Of a stretch of DNA of 64,000 nucleotides, positions 52,075 through 64,000 are shown one piece after another (the stretch's first letter is position 1; every line of letters starts with the position of its first letter). A program made the position numbers and the translations under genes. Source of the stretch: Octopus vulgaris (taxonomy: Eukaryota); assembly GCA_951406725.2 (NCBI GenBank), contig OX597820.1:90892001-90956000 (forward strand), read 5' to 3'. The notes below the pieces were generated by a model that was not told the DNA's origin, made no database searches, and saw only the letters and a program-made list of their open reading frames with translations.

Positions 52075-55000
52075 TATATATATTAAAATAGAACTTTAGA
52101 ATAACAACCACGTTTCAAAGGAAAGATAAGTATTCTTGAATATTAAAATTAATCAAAATTTATGGTATACAGCGTAACTGTGAAGCAAATACAAATAATA
52201 AAATATGACGGTTATCATTTGTATATCATTTGCAGTCTTTTTTCTTCTGCATTTCAATGATTGTTTTGAGTACAAGATGTAAATTTAACTTTTAGTTTTC
52301 TTACCCTTTTGCTTTCCAGCTAATTAACCATCATTTACCTAAAAAAAAATTGTATTAGTTCAGAACTAGCAAACTATTTAATATTCTTCACTTGTAACAC
52401 TATAGACAATTGTCTATATGTTTTACTCTGCAGAAACTACAATTTACTATGTAAATGTTTACTGAATTTTGTAGAATGAAATAACCTTGTTCATTTCCAT
52501 TGTTAATTTTAATGAATAATAAAATTGTTAAAATATGTATCTAACGTACTAATATCTGAAATGAGATTTTGTTAATACGATTATAATATTCCATACTCAT
52601 CGAACACATCTTTAAAATCGTAAGAATAGATAAAGAAATGTGTGCAGAATTAAGTTATCTGGCTTTTACCAACCGAAATGCTAACCATTTCGGCTTTGAT
52701 CTTTATTAGAAATCAAAATTTACATTAGTAAAGAGCAGGGGGTTAGCAGATGCGTTGCATTAAATACACACTATACATAAGTTACAAATTCATACCACAT
52801 TGTGTTCAGCTTCGTCGTTTAGCCTTCGGGTATCGATAAAATTATGTTCATCTCAAGTACTTTGCTCCATTCAATTGATTTATACTCTCATTCCAGAATC
52901 TGTATCTACACAAAGTGATTAGATATCGTTCTCATGCATGTATATATATATATCAGTGATCTAGCGGATATGGTTAATTGTTTCTAGTTTTAAAACATGC
53001 TGTCCTATTTCGAATACAGTTTTAAATGTGTAACACACACACACACATTTATATGCACATATATATATACATACATATATGTGTGTGTATATATATATAT
53101 ATCTATATATATATATATACATACATACATACATATATGCATATATATATATGTGTGTGTGTGTGTGTGTTTGTGTTTGTCCGTGTCTGTGGTTTGTGGT
53201 GTGTATAATAACGACGATAGCTCGAAAATGAGAGGAAAATATTGAAAAATATTCAATTGCTAGAGATGTGATCAACAGCCCCAAAAATTATAATCTCACG
53301 TCAATGCACTCACTCTTTTTGTTTAGTAAAACCAGGGCATTATTCCCAAAAATGTCGAAGAGAAAGGGTTTTTTTCCCTCACTTAGTCGTATCTATAGAT
53401 ATTCTTGATTCAAATCACCAATCCATTAATTGCGTTCTATCTACGTATATTTCATTTCTTTCTAAAACTCGATGTTCTTCATCATCTAGAAGCTGGAGAT
53501 ATTTCAATTTGGAAATAGTTGGCTATTTAGCAAATGAGTTAATCACCGAGGTAGACGAATAGGAGATATATTTTTTCTTTAAGCTCCTGCGGCTTTATTC
53601 ATCTTGATGGAATCTGAAAATGCTTGAACATCACAACATTTCCTAATTTCTTTCCAAACTGTACGTTGTCGCTACCTAGCCCATAAAAAAAAATAATATT
53701 TCAATAAAAATTATATAATGAACAATAAAAATATAAAATTTGGAGGAAAATAGAAACTCAATAAATGATCATGATACAATGCGGTATTGAAATATTCATA
53801 TTCCTAAACAAGAGAATAAACCTTACGTGAGTACGTGATGTGACTGATTAAATCTAAGGAAACAATAACATTGATGTTTATAATGAGCGCTCTTACACAA
53901 ACACATACACTTATACACACATAAATGGACACACAAACACACACACACACATATATATATATGTGTGTGTGTGTGTGCGCGCATGCGTGCATGCCTGCGT
54001 GTGTGTTTGTGTGGCTGTGTGTGTGCATGTGTATATTGTATTACATGAATCATCGGTATACAGTAAACTCGAAGCAAAGCAAGGAATACGAAAGCCTCAT
54101 CACTCCTATTATTCTGGACATAAGAAATATTGACATTAGCAACCCCGATGCCGGCTTTACCAAATGTCAGAGCGATAGTTCTTGAAAGGAACTATAAATG
54201 GTGATTTGGGGACTTAATTGTTATCTTAATGCGATATTTTTCTAAAACATTTATGTTTACAATTTTGATCTACTGTAGTTGTGATTTTATTTTCACAGAT
54301 TTCATTATGTCTACTCGTAAAGGACAGCATACTAATATTTCATAACTTCGATAAATATGCATAATTATCCAATAATTTGAACACGGTTCTTTTTTTAGCG
54401 TATAATATTTATTTAATTTCTGTGAATAATTTACTGGAATATATTGACGCAGTTTATACAAGCAGATAAATTGCTGTAATGAAACCAAGTGTAAAGTTTT
54501 ATTTCAGTAAGAGTATACGTTTGAACAGCAAGGGCCAGTGAGAGAATATCTCTGTTGTAGCATGAGTTTTAGAAATAGTATTCAAATCTCTCTCAAAATA
54601 TATCGAACCCTCTTGAAAATAAGAAGATACATAGAAAACTCTAGTTCTAGATGAACCGTCTCTAAACATAAGATAGTACAGTTGTGGCTTGACCGCTTTT
54701 GACTACAGCTCTGCTCGATCGTGGAGTGCGTGAGGTTAAACAGAACAGCAGCGACAGTTACAGTATATGAAATAGTAATAGAGGTTACATCGCATTTGCA
54801 GAAAACTACCAATTCTATTATTTATCCATCAATTCTTCAAAGGTTTTATTGGAGTTAAATATGAAATTCCTAAGTATCTCTTCTTACGTGAGCCAAGTAG
54901 CAAATTTACAAAATTGAATGGGTATATTTTAAGGTAAGGTTACATTTAATGCATTCATGCTATATATTCAACGACTATAACATCGGGGAAGGGGCACTCT

Positions 55001-56860
55001 GTTGGATGTAGCCAAGTAGGCTATTACCTAAATTATTACGTATCAGTAGTACCCAAATCATACAGTAGCAACATCAAATGCTATGAACAGATTTTTATGA
55101 AACAATTTTAATAAATATGCAAAGAGGAATATGAGCGAATCACGTTGTACGGTTGCGAGTCTGAAAGCAGTTTTTGTTAGTTTGCTATTTTATGCTCCTG
55201 ATATCAGATGTCCTTATGGATAGATTATCCACCTTTGGCTCGCTATATCAAATTTGCTACTGATGTTTCATAGTTTATTTTACATTGCTTCAGTTCGTTT
55301 AGCCGATGTTCAAAGCTCTATGCTCATCTGGGAATATTAGTCACTTTACTAGCATTCTTTATATGGAAGATTAATTCTCTATTCACTTCATGCCTTATAC
55401 ATGGAACTAACCAGTTCTCATGGGTGTTCCCAATGGATATCAAGGACATTTATTAATCATTGCAGTTTTATAATGCATTCATTTAAATCGATGAGAATTT
55501 GTACTATTTTACTTTAGATATTATTTGGTTGCAGAACAGGCAGTTTTAAACTAGGCTGTTCAAATTAGTGTCGATTGAAAATATGTTAATAATATATAGA
55601 GAACAATTAAAATATAAATATGAATTGATAGGTAACACGTTTCAACTGGAAATTATATTTTTCAAAAGAGGAATGACTAAGTAAATGACACTAACTCATT
55701 AAAAATGAAGAATTTCAATGAATTAATAATAATTAAATGAAATCGCAAGCTACTGCTTTCACAGTGCAAATATTATGTCATATTTCCTCGTATGAGAACC
55801 TACATTTATCATCGTATAAAAGTTAGGAAACAACATCGCACTCAAACATTTATTTCATTTCAGCCAATAAAATTGTGCCGCTGATTATTTTCAATGTTTT
55901 CAACATCAGCAATTATCACAGTAAGGTTGGAAAGTTGTAATCTAAAAGACAAAAAAAAAACCCAAAAAAAAAATAACAGAGACTAAACTATTATTATATT
56001 TTGGTCAAGAAAGAAAAATATTAAGGTCTTAACTATATTATATGTAGGAGAGGCAACCAAGAGTGTAATCAAACTTAGATAGCTCTTCCTTAAACATTCG
56101 TGATTTCGTCCCCATGATAGGAATAAATAGGAATAGATTTACATTATGGAAATCTTTTAAGTAAAGAGAAAATTCGACACATTCAAGATATTATTACTAG
56201 AATAGAAAAACCTGAACCCTGATCGACCTTTCTCATAACCAAAAACGTTTGTTAACGATATTTAGAATTACGTCATTTATTGTATCATTATTTTATTTAA
56301 CAATGGAGAGTGTTCATTTAGGGATATAGGGTGTTATTTCTAATCAGCCGACAACCAGCATAAGCATAGAATTTTCTTATCTGGTTTGACATTCTGATGT
56401 AGAAATCTGAGATATAAAATTAGATGCACGAAGAGAAGTATACGGATATCATCTTCGGCAGTGTACAAGATATTCCACCCGATAAGAGGTGAACTATGCT
56501 TGAAGAAGCATGCAATTTGATATATCGTATTCTTAGTTTCAAATTATTATGTCTGAATCAGACGTTAACACGGAATATAAAAACTGTTGTTCATGAGAGA
56601 ACATAAAGTAAAACTTAAACCAAGGCCGAAGTTAATGTGTATGGAAGCCAGTCGGTTTTTGAAAATTAAAGATATAATCTGTTATCAACTACTGGTCATA
56701 AATATAGGCAGCGAGAAGATATTACAATAACGTCAAATATTCGATTGCTTCCACAGAAATTGGTATACACTCATACTGACATGCAATATAAAATCTAATT
56801 GAACAAGAGACCATACTGTCATACAATAAAGATGTGTTAGATTATATAAATATATATATA

Positions 56861-57275
56861 GGCGCAGGAGTCGCTGTGTGGTAAGAAGCTTGCTTCCCAA
56901 TCACATGGTTCCGGGTTCAGTCCCACTGCGTAGTATCTTGGCGAGTGTCTTCTACCATAGCCTCGGGCTGACCAAAGCCTTGTGAGTGGATTTGGTAGAC
57001 GGAAACTAAAAGAAGCCCGTCCTATATATGTATATATATATATATATATATATACACAAGTATATTCATTTGTGTCTGTGTTTGTTCCCCCACCATCGCT
57101 TGACAACCGATATTGGTGTGATTACGTAACTTAGCGGTCAGGCAAAAAGAGACCGATAGTATAAGTACTAGGCTTACAAAGAATAACTCCTAGGGTCGAT
57201 TTGTTCGACTAAACGTGGTGCTCCAGCATGGCCGCAGTCAAATGACTGAAACAAGTAAAAGAAAAGAATAAAAAG
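56861..57275 (+). mobile_element. SINE family A, full length, with internal (TA)n
   Basis: tRNA-like head ggcgcaggagtcgctgtgtggtaagaagc...ccgggttcagtccc and an A-rich tail; several homologous copies occur in the window. Confidence 0.95.
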
Positions 57276-57292
57276 ATATATGTATATATATG

Positions 57293-57351
<59 letters not shown>

Positions 57352-57579
57352 ATATATGTGTGTATATTTATATGTGTATATATATATAATCAATATTAGG
57401 TTTACTTTATTGCTGTTGTCATTACTAAAGCTTCTGGCATAAAGAAATTAAGATAAATCAACAATAAATTGTTTTCAAGGACTATCAGGAAATGAAGTGT
57501 CTATCAACAGATTTTAATGTATCATTATAGAAAATAGAATACAAGAATCTACACAAATATAAATTTCTAACTTTAGTAC

Positions 57580-57910
57580 ATGGGCTGCAGTTTCGGTGAA
57601 TGGATAAGTCGATCAGATTCGCCCAGTGCTCCAGTGGTGCTTATTTTAAGGAATCTGAAAGGCCGAAAGGCAAAACTGACCGCGGCGGAATTTGACTCAG
57701 AACGTACAAACTCTAAGGATTTTACCTGGGGTGCTAACGATTCTTGTATCTCACCGCCTAACCTATCCAAATATTAGTTTCGAACTTTTCTCCTGGGAAT
57801 ACAACTTCGAGGGAGGAGGTAAGTCGATTACATCGACACCGGTACTCAACTGATACTTGTTTTATCAACACCGAAATGAAGAAAGGCGAAATCGACCTCG
57901 ATGGAATATC
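57580..57910 (-). mobile_element. Two diverged SINE family B copies in tandem
   Basis: aaggcaaaactgaccgcggcggaatttgactcagaacg; taagtcgattacatcgacacc...aaaggcgaaatcgacctcg. Confidence 0.75.
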
Positions 57911-58631
57911 CGTCAAATGTAAATAATGTAATATTTTTTACTTTGTTCAGCTGTATGAATTTAATGTTTTTTTTAATGCTTTCAACCATTGCGTGATACA
58001 AGAAAACAGAAATTAGAAAAATCCTGGCCAAAACAGAGAAATTGTAAGTTAACAAAAATATAGAAATAGAAAGAAAAGGTGTATTCAAAAGCCAAAAGAT
58101 GTTTTTTAGATGGGGTGTAATTTTATAATTAAGGCAAAATTCTAAATTTAAATTTCGGAAGATAAGACTTAACATGTTATCTGGTGTATGGCCGAATTCA
58201 AATGGGAAGAAGACCTAAACAAATGTGTATGCGTGTGGTTGGGTCTTTGATAGCCAAGGGTCAATCTCAGTTCAATAGTAGAAAGGAATTCAAAGGAATT
58301 CAGCCACTCACTCTCTTTCTCACTTCATCTCTCGCTTGCTCGATACACGCGTTAAATTTAACTATCTTAATTTTCCTATAAAAATCGTTGCTGCTTCGGT
58401 AGACTAGTAGGTCTGGGTGTTGAGAAGTACTAATACAACACATAAGTGGTGTTTTCAAATCACTTCCAGAAATTATAAGAAATCTAGGTAAAAAAATGTT
58501 ATTTAAGCAACAAAATTTCTTTCAACAATTTCTTTTTCTTAAGCGTGACGTACGCGTCGGTATGTTCAAAAAAATTGGCGCATTGATATTAATGACAATA
58601 AGAAATAATTCTATGGAACAACAATTTATGA

Positions 58632-58695
58632 ACCCTTTTGGTTAACCTTACACGCACAATTTTTGATCCCTTTTGGTTAACTTTACATACACAAA
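58632..58695. repeat. Short tandem duplication (~35-bp period)
   Basis: ccttttggttaac(c/t)ttaca(cg/ta)cacaa occurs twice. Confidence 0.8.
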
Positions 58696-59459
58696 CCCAG
58701 GTTATGCTGACACACTAAATCAAAGTGTCTCCGTCCAGCCTTTGGCGCCATTGTAAAGCCTTATTGTTAATGTGATCCCTGTTAGCTACGCTTGTTTAAC
58801 CACTTTCAGCCACCTTTCATAGGAATAATAATCATAGAAAAAACTTATCAAGTGTTTCAATTGTCTCAAGAATAACAGAAGAAAGATAAAACTATTGAAT
58901 CTATTTCAATCACAGAAATAAACATTTATTCAGAAATGAAGTTTTCTGTCTCCGTTTAACTTTCATATTTTCCTTTCCGGAAATGAACAATACAGAATTA
59001 TGTTTGACTTATTTGAAAAGAGTAAGCTTTGGCAAATTTTCCAGTAATTTTAAAGAAACGATGCAATAACAACTAAAACCACTTTTTAGAGTTGTTTTTT
59101 TTTATATTCAATAATTGTCTTTAATACATATACTTAAACGATCCAAACCTGAACACGTTTGTTTTTATAGAGAAAAGTTGTTAATTACTTGTGTATAGTT
59201 GCGAGCAAACTAGTATACCACGACTGGTGCTCTGGTAAATTTATACCGAAAATCATTCACATTTCAGTACTTTTCTCCATTGAGTTATCTCACTAATCTC
59301 TCCAATGAGTTTTCTTTGAGCAGTAATAGCGTAACTTTGCAGCTAATTTTACATTTGTAAAATACGCGATTCCACGCCCTTTCCATCCTTCACTTTTCAC
59401 AAACTTCCATACAAATACACCAAGTATAAAGTACGTTCAATTACTTCAAACTAACAAAG

Positions 59460-60300
59460 CCATTCCAGTCCTTGCCATTATGCTCAAAAATTGCTTGCCA
59501 GAGATAGCATATCAAAATCTTCAGTCTCTTCTTCCGTACAGAGATGAAACCTCATTTTTGCAAATGCGTCAGAGCGAATGCAATTCCTAAGAAAACCAAT
59601 CGCCTTTATCCTGCCAAGAATTGCCATATAGAATCACTTCCAGTACCTCTTAGATAAAGAAACAGTTATTAACAATGGTGCCACTCAACAGTTTTAATTT
59701 TACTACGTTTTCCTCTCTTTGGGAAATACCATACCCAGATAGCTACCAACTCTTCTCTGGCACTAAAAGTGGCTCTTGCTTTGCAGAAATTTGGTAAAAC
59801 AATGATGTCACCTCAATACCAGTAAAGCTTTCATCAGAGTCTGGTACGCAAATTTCCTATCGAAACAGCCCACCTATGGGCTAACACTACACTTGATTCT
59901 TCCAGATATTTCTCAATGATGCATCATCTACTGGCAATTAAGTGACTCTATGCCAAACTCTCACTGACTCCATGAAGTGAAACTGCGAAAACATCTACCA
60001 AAGCGAATATACCGATCATGTTTCGTTCAACCGGAAATGCTACTCATATCAACCTATATAAAGAATTTTAGTGATAGCATTTTGATCGAAGGGAACAATC
60101 TATACTATACTGCCTGTTTCTGGTATCAAATATGGGACACGACTGGATCAATACTTTTACCGTATAGTATTATGTATTGCAAAGCAAGCAGTTCCAAGGA
60201 GTAAGTAGAATGCCGCCTCCTTTTTAGAATAAGCTGAAGTCAATCATCTCTAAATACATTTCTAACACCGTTTCTGCATGACAATTTCACCACCTCAATC
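59460..60300 (+). pseudogene. Degraded non-LTR retrotransposon reverse transcriptase (CR1/L2/Jockey-type)
   Basis: IMLKNCLPEIA; AIPKK after a frameshift; LNTSKAFIRVWYANFLSKQPTYG (59812-59880), matching the RT motif LDxSKAFDRVWHxxLLxKLxxYG. Confidence 0.75.
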
Positions 60301-60468
60301 AACTAACATATTTCTGGCCTGTTTGTAAGTTAGAAATCAATCCTATTTTATAGCATGACCAGCTGTTGTTGTTGATGCTGATGTTGAACTGCGACTGGGA
60401 TATTGTAATTTTTTTTTTTGTTATCTCGGTTCAAAAGCATTCAAACTGCAACAATCCCGTCGCCCCTT

Positions 60469-61236
60469 GTTCCCTTTTATTTGACTAAACAGTACAGTTT
60501 CTGTAAAAACTAGATTCAACTAGTGACCAACTCTTCTCTACTGCTCAAAAGCGGACCCTTGCCTAGAATCAGTTTGGTAAAACTAATAATGACACGATCA
60601 ACATCAATAAGGCTTTTGTCTGAGAATTTTTATCGAAACAATAAACCTTTGACCTCCATCTGTCACATTTTAGATAGGTATTTTCCAGTGATATATGATA
60701 TAGTAATCATTTTTTGTCCTGCATTCCATCATCTAGTTTTGATTTGCTGGTAATAAACTGTAAATTATGCCTCTCGAGAATCAGGTTGGCTCAAATTAAG
60801 GAATGAAATTTAATCATATATAATTTAATTTATTCTACTAAATATACCCGTGAAAGGAAACAGCACAAATAATAGAGAAATTTGATAAAGGTAGCGTTCA
60901 TAATGTGCTAAGATTTCCCCATTATCTTGCAGAGATTGAAATTATTTCAAGTGTTAGCAGTTAATATCAAAAATAGTAGGGGGGCCTCCGATTCCCGATT
61001 GTACTCCACTAGTGATGAGTTTCATATCATGGGCAATTTGAGACACGCCAATCTGTGTAATTCTTCTGACAAAAATGTATCTGTAATCTACAATTCAATT
61101 CTAACTGCTTTAACTAACCTACCTGACGTTCACACAAACATAAACCTGACCCAAATCAATTCAAATCCCTTGACTAGTTCCCTTTTATTTGACTAAACAG
61201 TACAGGTTCTGTAAAAACCAGATCCAACTGGTCACC
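60469..61236 (+). repeat. 60-bp direct repeat pair
   Basis: 60469-60528 and 61177-61236 are identical at 55 of 60 positions. Confidence 0.9.
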
Positions 61237-61329
61237 TCAGAGGATCCCGTTTTGAACTTTGCACTTCGCTACCTCCAGTGTAGGAACAGTTTTGATGCTA
61301 AAGCCCTACAATAGAAGTTTGAACTCTCA

Positions 61330-62000
61330 AAATTAAAATGTTTCGGTAGCATTTCAACTCTCTGTTCTCTCTCAAATAACCTGCCGACTTAACTCCACTA
61401 CGAAGAATTCCTGTCCACAACATACTCTAAAACATCTCCTTTGAGCTTTTTCCCCACTCATCGTCCACACACACACTGCTCTCCAACCTAAATCTACAAA
61501 CCTAAAAGCACTCCCCGCCACCATGCTACTGTGAAACTGTACCGTCAAACTCATCTCTGAGTACCTTATCAAACTCCTGTCTTCCTTGGTTTCCCCATTT
61601 TCTTTTTCCCGTCAAGAACACTAATCACGCTCACCGCCACTTTACATCATTCTCCTAAAAAGTCATTTTAACCTTATCTCCGCCATGCCAAGCACATCTA
61701 TGAACTTTCTAGATATCTTCATTTATATTCTCACCACCGCACCATCTCCACCTCTCTTTTTAGCAATCGCCTCTCACTCATTCCTTGACTAGGAGAGCCA
61801 AGTGAAAGTGCAGACCATCAAAGTGGGGCAACAGGTGAAGGTGTACTTGAGACACTAGTGACCGGTGTACAAAGAACTGATTTAATATCCATAGAGACTT
61901 AGTATCCATGGGTTCGAGTCGAGATATATGTATGAAGCGTTTTCTGAAAAGAGGTGTGGTGAAATAGAGTGATTGGGATAGTGATGGCTACAAAGCAAAC
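61330..62000. pseudogene. Probable degraded Penelope-like RT fragment with internal inversion
   Basis: Plus strand: IYKPK..PR (PKIHK..PGRP-like), CTVKLISEYL, VKNTNH (IKDTxH-like), NFLDI. Minus strand 61795-61910: MDTKSL..LNQFF and TFTW. Confidence 0.5.
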
Positions 62001-64000
62001 AGAGGTTTATTTTCCGTCTTCGTGCCACATAGAAACATATTAATAATAGCGTAACTTTTCTTTAGTAACTAAAACTTATACATGCCCTCAGTAAATTAAT
62101 ATTAGTCATATACAAACACAGTATATACACACGCACCGCGCACACAAAATACCTACTTGCAAATCATCCAATATGCACGTCTCTCGTATGTTTCTACCTA
62201 ATTTACATCGACTTCCGTCCTTTACACGCTTCTATACCCTATTACAGTACCAGCAATCCGAGGGGCAAAAACATTATTGATGCCGTAAGAAAAAAATAAT
62301 GCTTCACAGACATACATACTGCAATCACTATGCACGCATAAACATACAAACAATATACTATGCCTACATTCCTATTCGTTCACACCTCACTTATTTCATA
62401 ATCCCTTTCTCGTATCTGTCAATATCTACCTCCCTCTCGTTCATCACTTTTCTTTTCCGTGATGTGCGCTATCAACGAAAACACACCATTAATTTTCGCT
62501 CAATTTTAATTTTTTTTCTTTTCTCCCTTTTTGCCTGTCCAAGTACAACTGTCCAAAACATTGTTCTCATCCTCTATTTATTCCTTAAAAGGAAACTATA
62601 AACTATATACTGTTTAAGTTTTTTTTTCATTCTTTACCATCTTTTTGCTTTCTAATTCCTATACAGTTTGCGGTGTGGTGATAATAACATTGAAAAAATG
62701 TTGATAGCTTAGAATAAATATATAAGTCTAAGAAAACTTTAAAGAGTATGTAGGAAAATATATACAATGAAATTGTATGAGCCAACAAAATCCTTTTCAG
62801 GCTCACAAAGCACGCTAAAATTAACAACCAAATTTTTATCAATAAGAAATGCACAGCATAGTGAAGCCTGAGATATACTATGTTTAAAGGAGTACGCGAT
62901 AGATACATTTGGGTGGCTTTTCACTATATCTGATCATTGTGATTATACAACAGAATCATGTAGAAGTATACGGTATGGTATTCAAATGTACAGAGGCATG
63001 ATATATCTGAACTAACGCATCTTAAATATGCGCTAAGTAGTTTAACGAATTACCTAAACACTTGGTCAAGATAGACCTACTATTACATAACAACTACAAC
63101 GCATGGAAAGTTTTCAAGAAACACTATTTAGGTCGCGCTCTTTCTTCCTAACTAAGCTGTTAAACTCAAATCAAAAGAAATCCAGCCTACGTATGAATCT
63201 TAAAGAACTCTCTGATTCAAGAAAATCGAAGAGATTCTGATGGTTATATTCGACTACTTCTAGGATAAGCATTTGCATTTTGGGGACATTGAAGAAATAA
63301 TTGAGTTACGCAAGTTGAGTTACCCAATAATCTGGAAGAGATCCAAAGAATCTCAGTTCAATTTATACATTCTGAATTTCGACATGTTCTTTGTATTTAC
63401 CTCTCAGAATTGTTCTTCAGATATGGGGGTTGTAATTCTGTGAATCAAGATGATATTTTAACCTGTGAAATTCTTCAAAATGCCACTTTGCTTGCGAATT
63501 ACTTCCCTCTAAAATTTTCGTACTCTGTCGTTAATGACCAATGCATAACAAATATACTCAAAATACTAATAATTGTGCAGTTGCATTGGTGTTAGTAGTA
63601 AGATATTGGTTCCCATCGTATGCTCAGATAGTAGCTATATGCTCCAAAATGTTGTCTGTGATAGTAATTACCACATCAGTCGATAATTTCATAATAGCAA
63701 TTTCATATCAACTTCAACAAAACAAAACAAAAACGAAAAAAAATTCCACATTCCTCTGAGGTCTTCGTAGTGTGTTTTAGTTTTTCTGATGCTTAAACAT
63801 TTCAAAGTTAATGCCATTTACATAAAGAGAATGTGTAAGAGAATGTATGAATTTTTTCCAACCACCTGTTGAGCAGATAAACTGTCCGACCAATTCTGAT
63901 GTATTTTTAGTTCGCGATAATTTACACAAAGTGTTATAACATCAAACATTTTCAGGACAAAATATTGATACAAATATCATAATAATGGAACTAAAATTAA

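Overview
This is a very AT-rich eukaryotic window with no credible host protein-coding exon, rRNA, true tRNA or CRISPR array. Nearly all listed ORFs are translations of (TA)n/(CA)n/(TG)n microsatellites. The repeat content (three abundant tRNA-headed SINE families plus dense TA/CA/GATA microsatellites) resembles an octopod cephalopod intergenic or intronic region; this is inferred from recalled repeat families, not from a search. Transposon relics include a full-length but disabled Tc1-type element with DD36E spacing (42549-43802), an internally deleted maT/mariner-like element, a mariner MITE, a CR1/L2-type RT fragment and a probable Penelope-like RT fragment with an internal inversion. The most interesting signal is a set of sequence-unrelated, non-coding elements next to (TA)n tracts that carry minimal type-I hammerhead ribozyme folds. 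One is canonical (8995-9084, minus strand). One has a compensatory G3:C8 core inside a near-perfect palindrome with 133-bp arms (3925-4204). One diverged inverted pair (46781-47320) retains the core in both arms. Coordinates were counted by hand and SINE boundaries are approximate.
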